Below the pieces are notes generated by a model. That model searched no databases, was not told the origin of the DNA, and saw only the letters and a list, made by a program, of their open reading frames with translations. A stretch of DNA of 64,000 nucleotides from an uncultured Lachnospiraceae bacterium (GTDB taxonomy: Bacteria; Bacillota; Clostridia; Lachnospirales; Lachnospiraceae): positions 3,059-67,058 of the forward strand of contig CADALB010000011.1 of the NCBI GenBank assembly GCA_902788755.1, in the 5' to 3' direction. Positions 47,444 through 56,505 of this stretch are shown here, one piece after another (the stretch's first letter is position 1; each line of letters opens with the position of its first letter). The position numbers and the translations under genes were made by a program.

Positions 47444-47989
47444 ATGGCAGACGTTAAGAAACCTACTGTAACAGTTAAAAAGGCTGTTGTTACGGAGCCC
47501 GAAAAGGCGAAAGAGGCTATCAAGGCAGCTGTAGCTGAGCAGAAAGCAGCAGCACCCGCTAAGAAGGCAGCACCTGCAAAGAAGGCACCCGCAAAGAAAG
47601 CAGCACCTGCAAAGAAGGCAGCACCTGCAAAGAAGGCAGCACCTGCAAAGAAGGCAGCACCCGCTAAGAAGGCAGCAGCACCCGCTAAGAAGGCAGCACC
47701 TGCTAAAAAGGCAGCACCCGCTAAGAAGGCACCTGCAAAGAAGGCAGCAAAGAAGACAGTTGTTAAGACAAATGCAGTATTTGCACTTAACGATACAAAG
47801 AATGTATCAGCAGATGCACTCTTCAAACAGTATCTTAAGACAGCAAAGGATCGTGCTAAATATGATCTCGGAATCAAGGTTGCTGACATCAAGAGCATAG
47901 ATATCTATGTAAATGTTGCTGAGCAGAAGGTTTACAGCGTTATTAACGGTGAAGTCAACGATTCATTTGATATGTACTTCGATTTCTGA
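47444..47989 (+). CDS. histone H1-like Lys/Ala/Pro-repeat protein with globular C-terminal domain
   Basis: AAGGAG RBS. About 11 PAKKA(A) repeats follow the N-terminus, then an 80-aa non-repetitive domain (VFALNDTKNVSADALFKQYL...). The gene sits between a strong promoter and a strong terminator. Confidence 0.75.
   Translation: MADVKKPTVTVKKAVVTEPEKAKEAIKAAVAEQKAAAPAKKAAPAKKAPAKKAAPAKKAAPAKKAAPAKKAAPAKKAAAPAKKAAPAKKAAPAKKAPAKKAAKKTVVKTNAVFALNDTKNVSADALFKQYLKTAKDRAKYDLGIKVADIKSIDIYVNVAEQKVYSVINGEVNDSFDMYFDF
47546..47754 (+). repeat. in-frame 15/18-nt tandem repeats (PAKKA / PAKKAA units)
   Basis: Repeated GCACC(T/C)GC(A/T)AAGAAGGCA(GCA) units read directly from the sequence. Confidence 0.85.
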
Positions 47990-48019
47990 TCCGGCTATCG
48001 TAAAGATAAATGATTTTAC

Positions 48020-48050
48020 ACGGGGACTAGCGATAGTCCCCGTATTTTTT
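48020..48050 (+). terminator. intrinsic terminator
   Basis: Perfect 10-bp stem ACGGGGACTA / TAGTCCCCGT with loop GCGA, followed by ATTTTTT. Confidence 0.85.
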
Positions 48051-48064
48051 CGGAGGTTGACTTG

Positions 48065-50341
48065 ATGATCAAATTGCATGATGAAGGAGTGTTTCTTATT
48101 GGCGGTGAGCAGATCGTGTCCGACAGGGACGTATCGTTTCAAAACGCCGGTTTTTCCAAAGAAGAGGCATCCAAGAGCACAATAGCATACAGGATTTTGT
48201 CTGAACACAATACGTCGGATGATATGGAGAAGCTTAAGATCAAATTCGATAAGCTTACATCCCACGATATTACATATGTGGGGATAATCCAGACCGCCCG
48301 TGCGTCGGGACTTGAGAAATTCCCCATTCCTTATGTTCTGACCAACTGCCACAACAGTCTGTGCGCAGTAGGAGGAACGATAAATGAGGATGATCACATG
48401 TTCGGTCTGACCTGTGCCAAGAAATACGGTGGTGTCTATGTTCCTCCTCATCAGGCGGTGATCCATCAGTTTGCCCGTGAAATGCTTGCAGGTGGCGGCA
48501 AGATGATACTCGGATCGGACTCCCACACAAGATACGGAGCACTGGGAACCATGGCCATGGGTGAAGGCGGTCCCGAACTTGTAAAACAGCTTTTGGGCCG
48601 TACTTACGACATCAACCGTCCCGAGGTCGTTGCGGTGTATATGACAGGAGAGCCAAAGCCCGGAGTAGGGCCTCAGGACGTAGCTCTCGCCATTATCGGT
48701 GCTGTGTTTGATAACGGCTATGTCAAGAATAAGGTTATGGAATTTGTCGGTCCCGGAGTAGAAACGCTTAGTGCTGATTTTCGTATCGGAGTGGACGTTA
48801 TGACCACGGAGACCACCTGCCTTTCATCCATATGGCAGACAGATGACAAGATAAGGGAATTCTATGCTGTCCATGGCAGGGAGAGTGATTACAAGGAACT
48901 TGTTCCCGGAGAGGTCGTTTATTATGACGGAATGATTGAGATCGATCTGTCTGCTATCGAGCCTATGATAGCAATGCCTTTCCATCCGAGCAATACTTAC
49001 ACTATAGACGAAGTTAATGCAAATCTTGAGGATATATTGCATGATGTTGAGAAGAAGGCTGCGATTTCTCTTGATAATGCGGTTCCTTATAAACTGACCG
49101 ACAAGATCAGAGATGGTAAACTCTATGTTGAGCAGGGAATCGTTGCCGGATGCGCCGGCGGCGGATTCGAGAATATTTGCGCCGTATCGGATATTCTCGA
49201 CGGGAAAAATATCGGCGCCGATGAGTTCACATTGAGTGTTTACCCGGCATCCATGCCAATATACATGGAGCTTATCAAAAACGGATGTGCGGCAAAACTG
49301 CTTGAGACAGGTGCGGTACTCAAGACCGCATTTTGCGGACCGTGCTTCGGTGCGGGAGATACACCGGCCAATAACGCATTTTCCATCAGACATTCGACAA
49401 GAAACTTCCCGAACAGGGAGGGCAGCAAGCTCCAGAGCGGACAGATCAGTTCGGTTGCGCTTATGGATGCCAGATCCATCGCTGCTACGGCCGCTAACAA
49501 AGGATATCTTACAAGTGCAACAAAACAGATAGAAAAAGACACGCTGAAGAAATACAAATACTCTTTTGACAGTACGATCTATGCAAACAGAGTATTTGAT
49601 TCAAAGGGTGTGGCAGACCCCGCCCAGGAAATTCATTTCGGGCCGAATATCAAAGACTGGCCGGCTATGGAGGCTTTGCCTGAAAATCTTGTGCTTAAGG
49701 TTGTATCGGAGATCCATGATCCTGTCACAACCACGGATGAGCTTATTCCGTCGGGAGAGACATCCTCGTACAGATCCAATCCTCTCGGGCTCGCCGAGTT
49801 TGCGCTGTCGCGCAAGGATCCGCAGTATGTGGGACGTGCCAAAGAGGTTAAGGCTGCCGAAGACAGAAGAGTTGCCGGAGAGCATCCATGTGAAGTTCTG
49901 CCTGAGATCAAGCCTGTTATGGAGGCGATAAAGGGGCAGTTCCCCGATGTTGACAGGACCAATATCGGAATCGGTTCAACGATATTTGCCGTAAAACCGG
50001 GTGATGGTTCCGCCAGAGAACAGGCTGCAAGCTGCCAGAAGGTTCTCGGAGGATGGGCAAACATTGCAAATGAATATGCAACGAAGAGATATCGCAGTAA
50101 CCTCATTAACTGGGGTATGCTTCCCTTTATAATTGATGAAGGCGACCTTCCGTTTGCAAACCTTGATTATCTGTTTATTCCGAAGATCAGGGAGGCAGTC
50201 GAGAAGAAACTTTCCGATATCGAAGCATATGTTGTGAAGGACGGAAAGCTTGAAAAGTTCATGCTTCATATGGCTGAACTTACAGAAGATGAGCGCACTA
50301 TAATCCTGAAGGGATGCCTGATAAACTATTACGCGTCATAA
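48065..50341 (+). CDS. aconitate hydratase
   Basis: GGAGG 8 nt upstream of ATG 48065. Cluster-ligand blocks GSDSHT and CGPCFG, and a swivel domain at the C-terminus. Confidence 0.9.
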   Translation: MIKLHDEGVFLIGGEQIVSDRDVSFQNAGFSKEEASKSTIAYRILSEHNTSDDMEKLKIKFDKLTSHDITYVGIIQTARASGLEKFPIPYVLTNCHNSLCAVGGTINEDDHMFGLTCAKKYGGVYVPPHQAVIHQFAREMLAGGGKMILGSDSHTRYGALGTMAMGEGGPELVKQLLGRTYDINRPEVVAVYMTGEPKPGVGPQDVALAIIGAVFDNGYVKNKVMEFVGPGVETLSADFRIGVDVMTTETTCLSSIWQTDDKIREFYAVHGRESDYKELVPGEVVYYDGMIEIDLSAIEPMIAMPFHPSNTYTIDEVNANLEDILHDVEKKAAISLDNAVPYKLTDKIRDGKLYVEQGIVAGCAGGGFENICAVSDILDGKNIGADEFTLSVYPASMPIYMELIKNGCAAKLLETGAVLKTAFCGPCFGAGDTPANNAFSIRHSTRNFPNREGSKLQSGQISSVALMDARSIAATAANKGYLTSATKQIEKDTLKKYKYSFDSTIYANRVFDSKGVADPAQEIHFGPNIKDWPAMEALPENLVLKVVSEIHDPVTTTDELIPSGETSSYRSNPLGLAEFALSRKDPQYVGRAKEVKAAEDRRVAGEHPCEVLPEIKPVMEAIKGQFPDVDRTNIGIGSTIFAVKPGDGSAREQAASCQKVLGGWANIANEYATKRYRSNLINWGMLPFIIDEGDLPFANLDYLFIPKIREAVEKKLSDIEAYVVKDGKLEKFMLHMAELTEDERTIILKGCLINYYAS

Positions 50342-50982
50342 TCAAGAACATCCGTAAACCTGCTTATAATACGGCTTCCGGAAGGTGCGGCAGCTATGAT
50401 TTTCTCCTTGTCCATCTGTGACCATTCCACAAGGGCAAAATCAGTGCCGGCATTTTTGGCACATAAAGCATCTACGAGTGCATCGCCTATGTATATGACC
50501 CGGCTCATGTCGGTTATATTGACTGCTTTGGCGGCAGTGATAATCGGATCCGGATTGGGCTTGTGATTTTCGGTGTCTTCCTTGCAGATACCTACATCAA
50601 AGAAGTTATCAAGCCCTTTCAGGCGCAGGGTAATGCCGGCGGATACTGTCCGCTTGCTTGTAACGAATCCCTGATGAATGCCAAGATCCCTGATCTTATG
50701 CATTTCAGAGATCACGCCGTCAAACAGCGGAATTTCGTCATTTTCGAGAAGTACACTGTTGTGTGCAAGATATGCTTTAAGCAGGGCCTCGGATGTTTTA
50801 GGATCGTGCATAGCAAACGTATCGGGAAGCGGCCGGCCTATATAGCTTTTCAGATCCTCGTCGGATCTGTCGCACCGACCGAGAACATCCAGATAAGCAA
50901 GCTTAAAGCATTTCATTATAAGAGGGATGGAATCCCAAACAGTTCCGTCAAGGTCATACAAAATAAGACCATATTTATTCAT
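50329..50982 (-). CDS. HAD-superfamily hydrolase (phosphoglycolate phosphatase/PpaX-like)
   Basis: [11 protein letters not shown] motif I, VTSK motif II, IGDALVD motif IV. The 3' end overlaps the convergent aconitase gene by 13 nt. Confidence 0.8.
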   Translation of the reverse strand: MNKYGLILYDLDGTVWDSIPLIMKCFKLAYLDVLGRCDRSDEDLKSYIGRPLPDTFAMHDPKTSEALLKAYLAHNSVLLENDEIPLFDGVISEMHKIRDLGIHQGFVTSKRTVSAGITLRLKGLDNFFDVGICKEDTENHKPNPDPIITAAKAVNITDMSRVIYIGDALVDALCAKNAGTDFALVEWSQMDKEKIIAAAPSGSRIISRFTDVLDYDA

Positions 50983-51061
50983 GTTTTCTATTCCCTTTTC
51001 TTATGCCACCCCGTGCAGTCAGATGTTTTGTTACATAAACTATATCGGATTGTTCCAGCCC

Positions 51062-51325
51062 TCAGTCTTCTTCAAGAACGGAGAACTCCAGATAGTCAAA
51101 AGGAACCTCTTCTATAAAACTGTCCTGATAGAATCTGACCTTTGAGTACCTTTTGAAATCGGAGATATTTGAATCAAGCCAGATAGGTCTTGCAATGTCA
51201 AAATCATAACCGATCTTTTCTATGGCCGCGAATACCTTGTGTGTACGGGTGTCTTCTTCGGTATTTGTGATAACCATATCTCTTGTCATTCGGTTGTCTT
51301 TAAAAGTACGTGCCCAAAATTTCAT
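51062..51325 (-). CDS. hypothetical small protein (87 aa), possibly leaderless
   Basis: ORF with no Shine-Dalgarno sequence. A TTAACA-17-TATAAT promoter ends 6 nt before the ATG. Confidence 0.45.
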   Translation of the reverse strand: MKFWARTFKDNRMTRDMVITNTEEDTRTHKVFAAIEKIGYDFDIARPIWLDSNISDFKRYSKVRFYQDSFIEEVPFDYLEFSVLEED

Positions 51326-51331
51326 GGTCTG

Positions 51332-51360
51332 ATTATAGTATAAAAAGATATGTTTGTTAA
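51332..51360 (-). promoter_or_regulatory. sigma-70 promoter positioned for a leaderless transcript
   Basis: The minus strand reads TTAACA (51360-51355), 17-nt spacer, TATAAT (51337-51332), CAGACC, then ATG. Confidence 0.5.
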
Positions 51361-51435
51361 GAATCGGTGAAATGATACTAGCGAACGGTTTTATATGATA
51401 TAATATATAACAAGAAATATTGGGGGTACATTTTT

Positions 51436-52089
51436 TTGGAAGTTGATTTTAACAGCAAAGAGCAGGATATTACCTGGGAGGAGATTATTCTTCTGCATAA
51501 TTCCGCGCTCAAAGAGATAGGAACAAAACTGGAAATACTCAATGATGAGTTCCAGCATATTCATCAGTATAATCCGATAGAACACATCAAATCGAGAATA
51601 AAATCTCCGGAGTCCATAGTCAGAAAGCTGAAGAAAAAGGGTTACGATGTAACCCTTGAAAACATGGTCAAATACGTGAACGACATTGCGGGCATCCGGA
51701 TCATATGTTCATTTACTTCGGATATATACAGAATAGCCAATATGCTTCGCAAGCAGAATGATATCAAGGTACTCTCGACGAAGGACTACATTGAGTCTCC
51801 GAAGGAGAGCGGGTATAAAAGCTACCACATGCTCGTAAGTATTCCGATATACCTGTCGGATTCGGTTGTTGATACCAAAGTTGAGATTCAGATCAGAACT
51901 ATCGCAATGGATTTCTGGGCAAGTCTGGAGCACAAGATGAACTACAAGTTCGAGAGTGACGCACCGGAAGAGATCAAGAAGGAACTGTTTGAATGCGCGA
52001 TAATGGTTGAGCAGCTTGATGACAGGATGCTTATTATCAACGATAAGATACAGAGGGCAAAGAAGGAAGAAGCTAAGTGGATTATGTAG
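51436..52089 (+). CDS. small alarmone synthetase (RelQ/YwaC-like GTP pyrophosphokinase)
   Basis: TTG start after GGGGG. NPIEHIKSRIKSPESIVRKL, YKSYHMLV and EIQIRTIAMDFWASLEHK synthetase motifs. The stop TAG lies at the edge of repeat copy 3. Confidence 0.85.
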   Translation: MEVDFNSKEQDITWEEIILLHNSALKEIGTKLEILNDEFQHIHQYNPIEHIKSRIKSPESIVRKLKKKGYDVTLENMVKYVNDIAGIRIICSFTSDIYRIANMLRKQNDIKVLSTKDYIESPKESGYKSYHMLVSIPIYLSDSVVDTKVEIQIRTIAMDFWASLEHKMNYKFESDAPEEIKKELFECAIMVEQLDDRMLIINDKIQRAKKEEAKWIM

Positions 52090-52197
52090 ATAGGAGGGAT
52101 TAGCTATAAGGAGACTCGCACATTGGAATCGCCTACGGCGATGGGTGCTCGTCGTGTAGACAGGTTCCTCCCGCTTTGCGGGCCCCTCCTATCTACA
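52085..52197 (-). repeat. structured GC-rich intergenic repeat, copy 3 (inverted orientation) with extra terminal inverted repeat
   Basis: The reverse complement of 52110-52197 reads TGTAGATAGGAGGGGCCCGCAAAGCGGGAGGAACCTGTCTACA + CGACGAGCACCCATCGCCGTAGGCGATTCCAATGTGCGAGTCTCC. The plus-strand TGTAGATAGGAGGG at 52085-52098 pairs perfectly with 52184-52197. Confidence 0.75.
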
Positions 52198-52207
52198 TAT
52201 GAGGAGT

Positions 52208-52234
52208 GGCCAGGTGGATGAGAGTCACCTGGCC
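52208..52234. other. perfect 9-bp stem-loop downstream of repeat copy 3
   Basis: GGCCAGGTG-GATGAGAGT-CACCTGGCC. No T tract follows on either strand. Confidence 0.4.
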
Positions 52235-52429
52235 AATATTATGAAAAAATACATCTGGTTGTTTGGAGAATGTTCTCCAATGGAGATATATAGAATATAT
52301 CATTTACATGTGAATAAATTATGAACAATGTATGAATATATAGTAAATGTTTCCAAAGGACATAAAAATACAGACTAAATTATTGTATAAAATGCACAAT
52401 AATTAGTGCGGACGAATATCATGCAAATA

Positions 52430-52458
52430 TTGTGTTTTGATATGAATAATGGTAAAAT
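52430..52458 (+). promoter_or_regulatory. candidate extended -10 promoter for the 52492 gene
   Basis: TTGTGT (52430-52435), 17-nt spacer ending in TGG, TAAAAT (52453-52458). Confidence 0.4.
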
Positions 52459-52491
52459 CCAAGATAGTTCAATGCGTTTTGGGAGGTTGAA

Positions 52492-53469
52492 ATGGACGGA
52501 TTCAGAGAAAGACTAAGCGGAAGGTACGACAGATCGGGAATGAGAGGCACAGGTTATGACCGTATGCCTTCTGATGACCGCTATGAGAGTGACAGATTTG
52601 AAAGGGCTTCCAGAAGAGGAATGGGGGAGGGTATATCCCAGGAAGCTTTGAGTGAAGCCGTAAGCGAGGCTGTAACGAAATCCAATCGTGAGCAGCTTGA
52701 TGTTATTGCTGATTTTTTTGATGAAGCGAAGGCAGATCGTATGGAATCCGAAAGAGCTATAATAGATGCTTTGTCTCACAGCTTAAGCGAAGCTGTTTCA
52801 ACCCCTGCTCCGGCAGCGCCCGTAGCACCGGCTCCGGAACAAACTGCTGCACCTATAGTTGTTGACGAGCAGAATACCGAGACGCTCTCAAGAATCGAGA
52901 GGATCGTGGGACAGAATGCGGAATCTCTCAATGAGACCGGTGAGATGCTTGAGAGAAATGTAAATTCACTCCGCAGCAATTCCGAAGCGCTTAACGATAT
53001 CAAGAATTCCATCGGAGAACTTTTAGCATCATCTGAGGACGTGAAGAGAGAGATCGCAACAAGGTCTGCTGCTCCGATGCAGGATCTGACTGTTGATTTT
53101 TCGGCCGAGAAGGATGAGATAATCGGTGCCGTAGGTGACAACAGAGCGATTCTTAACATGATACGTCAGGATGTCCTGAACGGATTTGCAAGAAATAATG
53201 CCGAAGAGGATGAAAATGAGAAACCGGCTCTTCTTTCCGCTGATGCGGCTGCCAATTATTACAAAGAGCTGGAAGAGCATGTACATAAAGAGTGTGTTAA
53301 GTGCTACAGGAACGTTCAGTCGGCCCTTACAGAGCAGAGCGGTGAAGCAAACAAGGGACTTGAGAAGTCGGTTGGCGGTTTAAGAATCATGGTTTTGGTT
53401 ACATTACTTCTCAGCATAGTAAGCCTCGCTATTCAGGTTTGCAGCATTTTGGGTATTCTTTCGTTCTGA
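52492..53469 (+). CDS. hypothetical tail-anchored, acidic coiled-coil-type protein
   Basis: GGGAGG RBS. 325 aa rich in E/S/A/R with an APAAPVAPAP linker and a single C-terminal TM helix (IMVLVTLLLSIVSLAIQVCSILGIL). No motif I recognise. Confidence 0.6.
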   Translation: MDGFRERLSGRYDRSGMRGTGYDRMPSDDRYESDRFERASRRGMGEGISQEALSEAVSEAVTKSNREQLDVIADFFDEAKADRMESERAIIDALSHSLSEAVSTPAPAAPVAPAPEQTAAPIVVDEQNTETLSRIERIVGQNAESLNETGEMLERNVNSLRSNSEALNDIKNSIGELLASSEDVKREIATRSAAPMQDLTVDFSAEKDEIIGAVGDNRAILNMIRQDVLNGFARNNAEEDENEKPALLSADAAANYYKELEEHVHKECVKCYRNVQSALTEQSGEANKGLEKSVGGLRIMVLVTLLLSIVSLAIQVCSILGILSF

Positions 53470-53477
53470 TTCGATTT

Positions 53478-55055
53478 ATGAGTTTTTTTACCAAATACGT
53501 TAACATTATTAAATATTCACACTATTTAGCAATGCTGGGAACAGCATTGCTAATTTTTGTGTGTGTTCCCGGAATACAGAAACTGGAAGATACCGGAAGC
53601 AACAAGGTAAGTGTGTTCGTAAACGGAACTCAGGTCGGTACCGTAAAAGATTCATCTGAAGTTGACGGGATGATTCTTGAAGCCAGAAGAAGGATCGCAT
53701 CGGAAAGCGAAAATCTTGTGCTCGCTTCTTCCGAGGTGGTTTTGTCGGGATCGACGGATGTTGTCGGGCAGGTTGATGACAGACAGACTATAGTTGACAA
53801 CATATATAAGGTTCTTTCCGAAAGCGTGATGAAGACCAAGCAGCCTGCGTTTGAAGTGAAGATAAATGATTTTACAGTCAATCTTAAGAGTATTGATGAT
53901 GTAATTGCACTGCTTAACGCGTCAAAGGCCGAATACGATCCGGATTCCGAGTGGAAGGTCTGGCTTGTTACCGACAATTCCCGTGAGCTTAATGTAATGA
54001 CTACCAAAATAGAAAAGGTATCGGAGCAGAATGTTCAGACGCTGGATAAACCGGTTGTATTTCCTATAGGCGGTGCCCTTCTGAAGATGGAAGAGATATA
54101 TGACGCTGCATTTACACAGAAAATTGATAATTCCTTTGAGTTCGGGGTCAGAAATATTGACTTTGACGAAAATGTGGAGGTTGTTCAGGCTTATGTGGAT
54201 GCCGACAAAATCAGTACTCTGGAGGATGCGATAGAAGCTGTAACCAAGACAAGCGAAAAGAACAAGAAGTATGAGGTTGTTTCCGGAGATACGCTTGGAG
54301 CCATAGCCCAGAAGAACGATATGTCCATAGAGGACATTATAAAGCTGAATAACGAAAGCATTCCGAATGCAAATGCTACATTAAGAGTCGGGGATGAAAT
54401 AACGATCTTCTCTCCCGAGCCGGAATTGTCGGTGGTAAGAACAGAGAGAAGATACTACGAGGAAAACTATGATGCGGAAGTTGAATACATAGATGTTGAT
54501 GACTGGTACACAAACCAGACCGAGGTGGTTCAGCAGCCCGTAACCGGATACAGAAAAGTTGTTGCCGACATTACATACAGAAATGCCGAACTCGTTAATA
54601 CCGACATATTATATGAGGATGTCACGGTCAAGGCTGTAGCAAAAATAGTGAAGCGGGGCACCAAGACGCCTCCGACGTATGTTTATCCGGTTTGGGGAAG
54701 GCTTTCTTCGGGATTTGGAAGAAGAAAAGCACCCAAGAGAGGTGCAAGTACATACCACAAGGGAATCGACCTTGCGGTTCCGATCGGGACAGCTGTTATG
54801 GCTTCCCGTGGCGGTACGGTAACACGTGCCGGGTGGGGAAGCGGATACGGATATTGTGTATATATCCAGCATCCTGACGGAGTAAGTACAAGGTACGGAC
54901 ATCTGAGCAAAGTGCTTGTTAAGGTGGGACAGACGGTATCCCAGGGACAGAAGATTGCCTTAAGCGGTAATACCGGGGTATCCACGGGACCACATCTACA
55001 TTTTGAAGTACTTGTAGGTGGTTCACAAGTAAATCCGCTCAATTATTTAAAGTGA
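53478..55055 (+). CDS. LysM-domain M23 family metallopeptidase, N-terminally membrane anchored
   Basis: ATG 53478 lies 9 nt after the upstream stop; the track start 53439 would overlap that gene. LysM YEVVSGDTLGAIAQKNDMSIEDIIKLNN. M23 motifs HKGIDLA and GNTGVSTGPHLHFEV. Confidence 0.85.
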   Translation: MSFFTKYVNIIKYSHYLAMLGTALLIFVCVPGIQKLEDTGSNKVSVFVNGTQVGTVKDSSEVDGMILEARRRIASESENLVLASSEVVLSGSTDVVGQVDDRQTIVDNIYKVLSESVMKTKQPAFEVKINDFTVNLKSIDDVIALLNASKAEYDPDSEWKVWLVTDNSRELNVMTTKIEKVSEQNVQTLDKPVVFPIGGALLKMEEIYDAAFTQKIDNSFEFGVRNIDFDENVEVVQAYVDADKISTLEDAIEAVTKTSEKNKKYEVVSGDTLGAIAQKNDMSIEDIIKLNNESIPNANATLRVGDEITIFSPEPELSVVRTERRYYEENYDAEVEYIDVDDWYTNQTEVVQQPVTGYRKVVADITYRNAELVNTDILYEDVTVKAVAKIVKRGTKTPPTYVYPVWGRLSSGFGRRKAPKRGASTYHKGIDLAVPIGTAVMASRGGTVTRAGWGSGYGYCVYIQHPDGVSTRYGHLSKVLVKVGQTVSQGQKIALSGNTGVSTGPHLHFEVLVGGSQVNPLNYLK

Positions 55056-55098
55056 TTTTTGTATAATTTGTCACATTCTCCAAAAAAGCGTTTAGGTA

Positions 55099-55127
55099 TT
55101 GAAACGAAAAATTCGGGAGACTATAAT
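55099..55127 (+). promoter_or_regulatory. sigma-70 promoter upstream of murA
   Basis: TTGAAA (55099-55104), 17-nt spacer, TATAAT (55122-55127). Confidence 0.6.
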
Positions 55128-55145
55128 ACGTTTGAGGTGTGAAAA

Positions 55146-56438
55146 TTGGAGCAGTATATAATAAAGGGCGGAAGCCCTTTGGTTGGTGAGGTTGAGATAG
55201 GAGGAGCCAAAAATGCCGCGCTCGGTATTTTGGCAGCTTCTGTAATGACAACCGAGCCTGTTATAATAGAAAATCTGCCGGACGTTCGGGATACTGCCGT
55301 ACTCATACAGGCGATGGAGAGTATAGGTACGCGTGTTGAACGTCTGGATCGGCATACTGTCAGGATAAATGCAGCAAATATCTCCGGCTATACGATTGAT
55401 GACGGATATATTAAGAAGATCAGGGCATCATATTATATGCTGGGGGCATTGCTCGGAAGGTTTAAAACGGCAGAGGTAGCTCTTCCCGGCGGATGTAATA
55501 TAGGAAGCCGTCCTATTGACCAGCACCTGAAAGGTTTCAGAGCTCTCGGAGCTAAGGTCGAGGTATCAAGAGGTATGATATCGGCCAAGTCCGAGAACTT
55601 AAGCGGCAGTCATATATACATGGACGTTGTAACGGTAGGTGCTACCATTAACATTATGCTTGCCGCAACACTCGCAACGGGTAAGACGATAATCGAAAAT
55701 GCAGCCAAGGAGCCCCACGTTGTTGATGTGGCCAACTTCCTGAACAGCATGGGTGCAAGTATAAAGGGAGCAGGTACCGATGTAATCAGGATCAAGGGTG
55801 TTGAAAGGCTTCACGGAACCACATATTCGATCATCCCGGATCAGATAGAGGCCGGAACGTTTATGTTCGCGTCAGCAATCACAAAAGGGGATATAATGAT
55901 CAAAAATGTGATCCCCAAGCATTTGGAATCAATAAGTGCCAAGCTGATAGAGATCGGCTGTGAGATTGAGGAGTTTGATGACTGCCTGAGAGTAGCTGCT
56001 CCCAGGAGATTAACGAATACACATGTCAAGACACTGCCCTATCCCGGTTTTCCTACGGATATGCAGCCGCAGATAGCAACAACACTTGCTTTGTCCGAGG
56101 GAACCAGCATAGTTACCGAGAGCATATTTGAAAACAGATTCAAATATGTGGGCGAGCTCCAGAGAATGGGAGCTAATATTAAAGTCGAAGGAAATACAGC
56201 TATTATCGAGGGTGTAGATTCATTCACGGGTGCAAGTATTTCGGCTCCCGATCTTCGCGCCGGAGCCGCACTTGTTTTGGCCGCTCTTGTAGCGGACGGC
56301 ATTTCAATAATCGATGATGTCATATACATCGAGAGGGGATACGAAGATTTCCCCGAAAAACTGACAGCTCTCGGAGCTTCCATTGAGAAAGTCGAATCCG
56401 AAAGAGACATTCAGAAGTTCAAATTAAAGGTCGGCTGA
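55146..56438 (+). CDS. murA: UDP-N-acetylglucosamine 1-carboxyvinyltransferase
   Basis: TTG start after GAGGTG. IGGAKNAAL, active-site LPGGCNIGSRPIDQH, 430 aa. Confidence 0.9.
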   Translation: MEQYIIKGGSPLVGEVEIGGAKNAALGILAASVMTTEPVIIENLPDVRDTAVLIQAMESIGTRVERLDRHTVRINAANISGYTIDDGYIKKIRASYYMLGALLGRFKTAEVALPGGCNIGSRPIDQHLKGFRALGAKVEVSRGMISAKSENLSGSHIYMDVVTVGATINIMLAATLATGKTIIENAAKEPHVVDVANFLNSMGASIKGAGTDVIRIKGVERLHGTTYSIIPDQIEAGTFMFASAITKGDIMIKNVIPKHLESISAKLIEIGCEIEEFDDCLRVAAPRRLTNTHVKTLPYPGFPTDMQPQIATTLALSEGTSIVTESIFENRFKYVGELQRMGANIKVEGNTAIIEGVDSFTGASISAPDLRAGAALVLAALVADGISIIDDVIYIERGYEDFPEKLTALGASIEKVESERDIQKFKLKVG

Positions 56439-56452
56439 GCCGGCCTTTTCTT
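56428..56452 (+). terminator. candidate terminator overlapping the murA stop codon
   Basis: AGGTCGGC-TGA-GCCGGCCT stem (8 bp, one G-T) followed by TTTCTT. Confidence 0.5.
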
Positions 56453-56454
56453 AA

Positions 56455-56484
56455 TTGACATATTATGCATTTATTTCATATAAT
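56455..56484 (+). promoter_or_regulatory. sigma-70 promoter upstream of the HD-GYP gene
   Basis: TTGACA (56455-56460), 18-nt spacer, TATAAT (56479-56484). Confidence 0.55.
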
Positions 56485-56505
56485 TATATCCAACTGTAGT
56501 GTAAA

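Noticed and set aside
47546-47754. CRISPR-like or other non-coding tandem array
   Set aside because: The units are 15/18 nt with no spacers. They are in frame inside a well-signalled ORF. No cas genes or repeat-spacer architecture occur anywhere in the window.
47395-47898. Minus-strand 167-aa ORF encoding FFAGAA repeats opposite the histone-like gene
   Set aside because: It is the mirror image of the PAKKAA repeat. The promoter, RBS and terminator all serve the plus strand. The same reasoning applies to 28088-28420 (opposite the AAPAATEE linker) and 10443-10721 (opposite the PT-rich tail).
51062-52089. toxSAS toxin-antitoxin pair (alarmone synthetase plus a small neighbouring protein)
   Set aside because: The synthetase looks like a housekeeping RelQ/YwaC enzyme in size and motifs. 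The small ORF is divergently transcribed from its own promoter rather than co-transcribed as an antitoxin.
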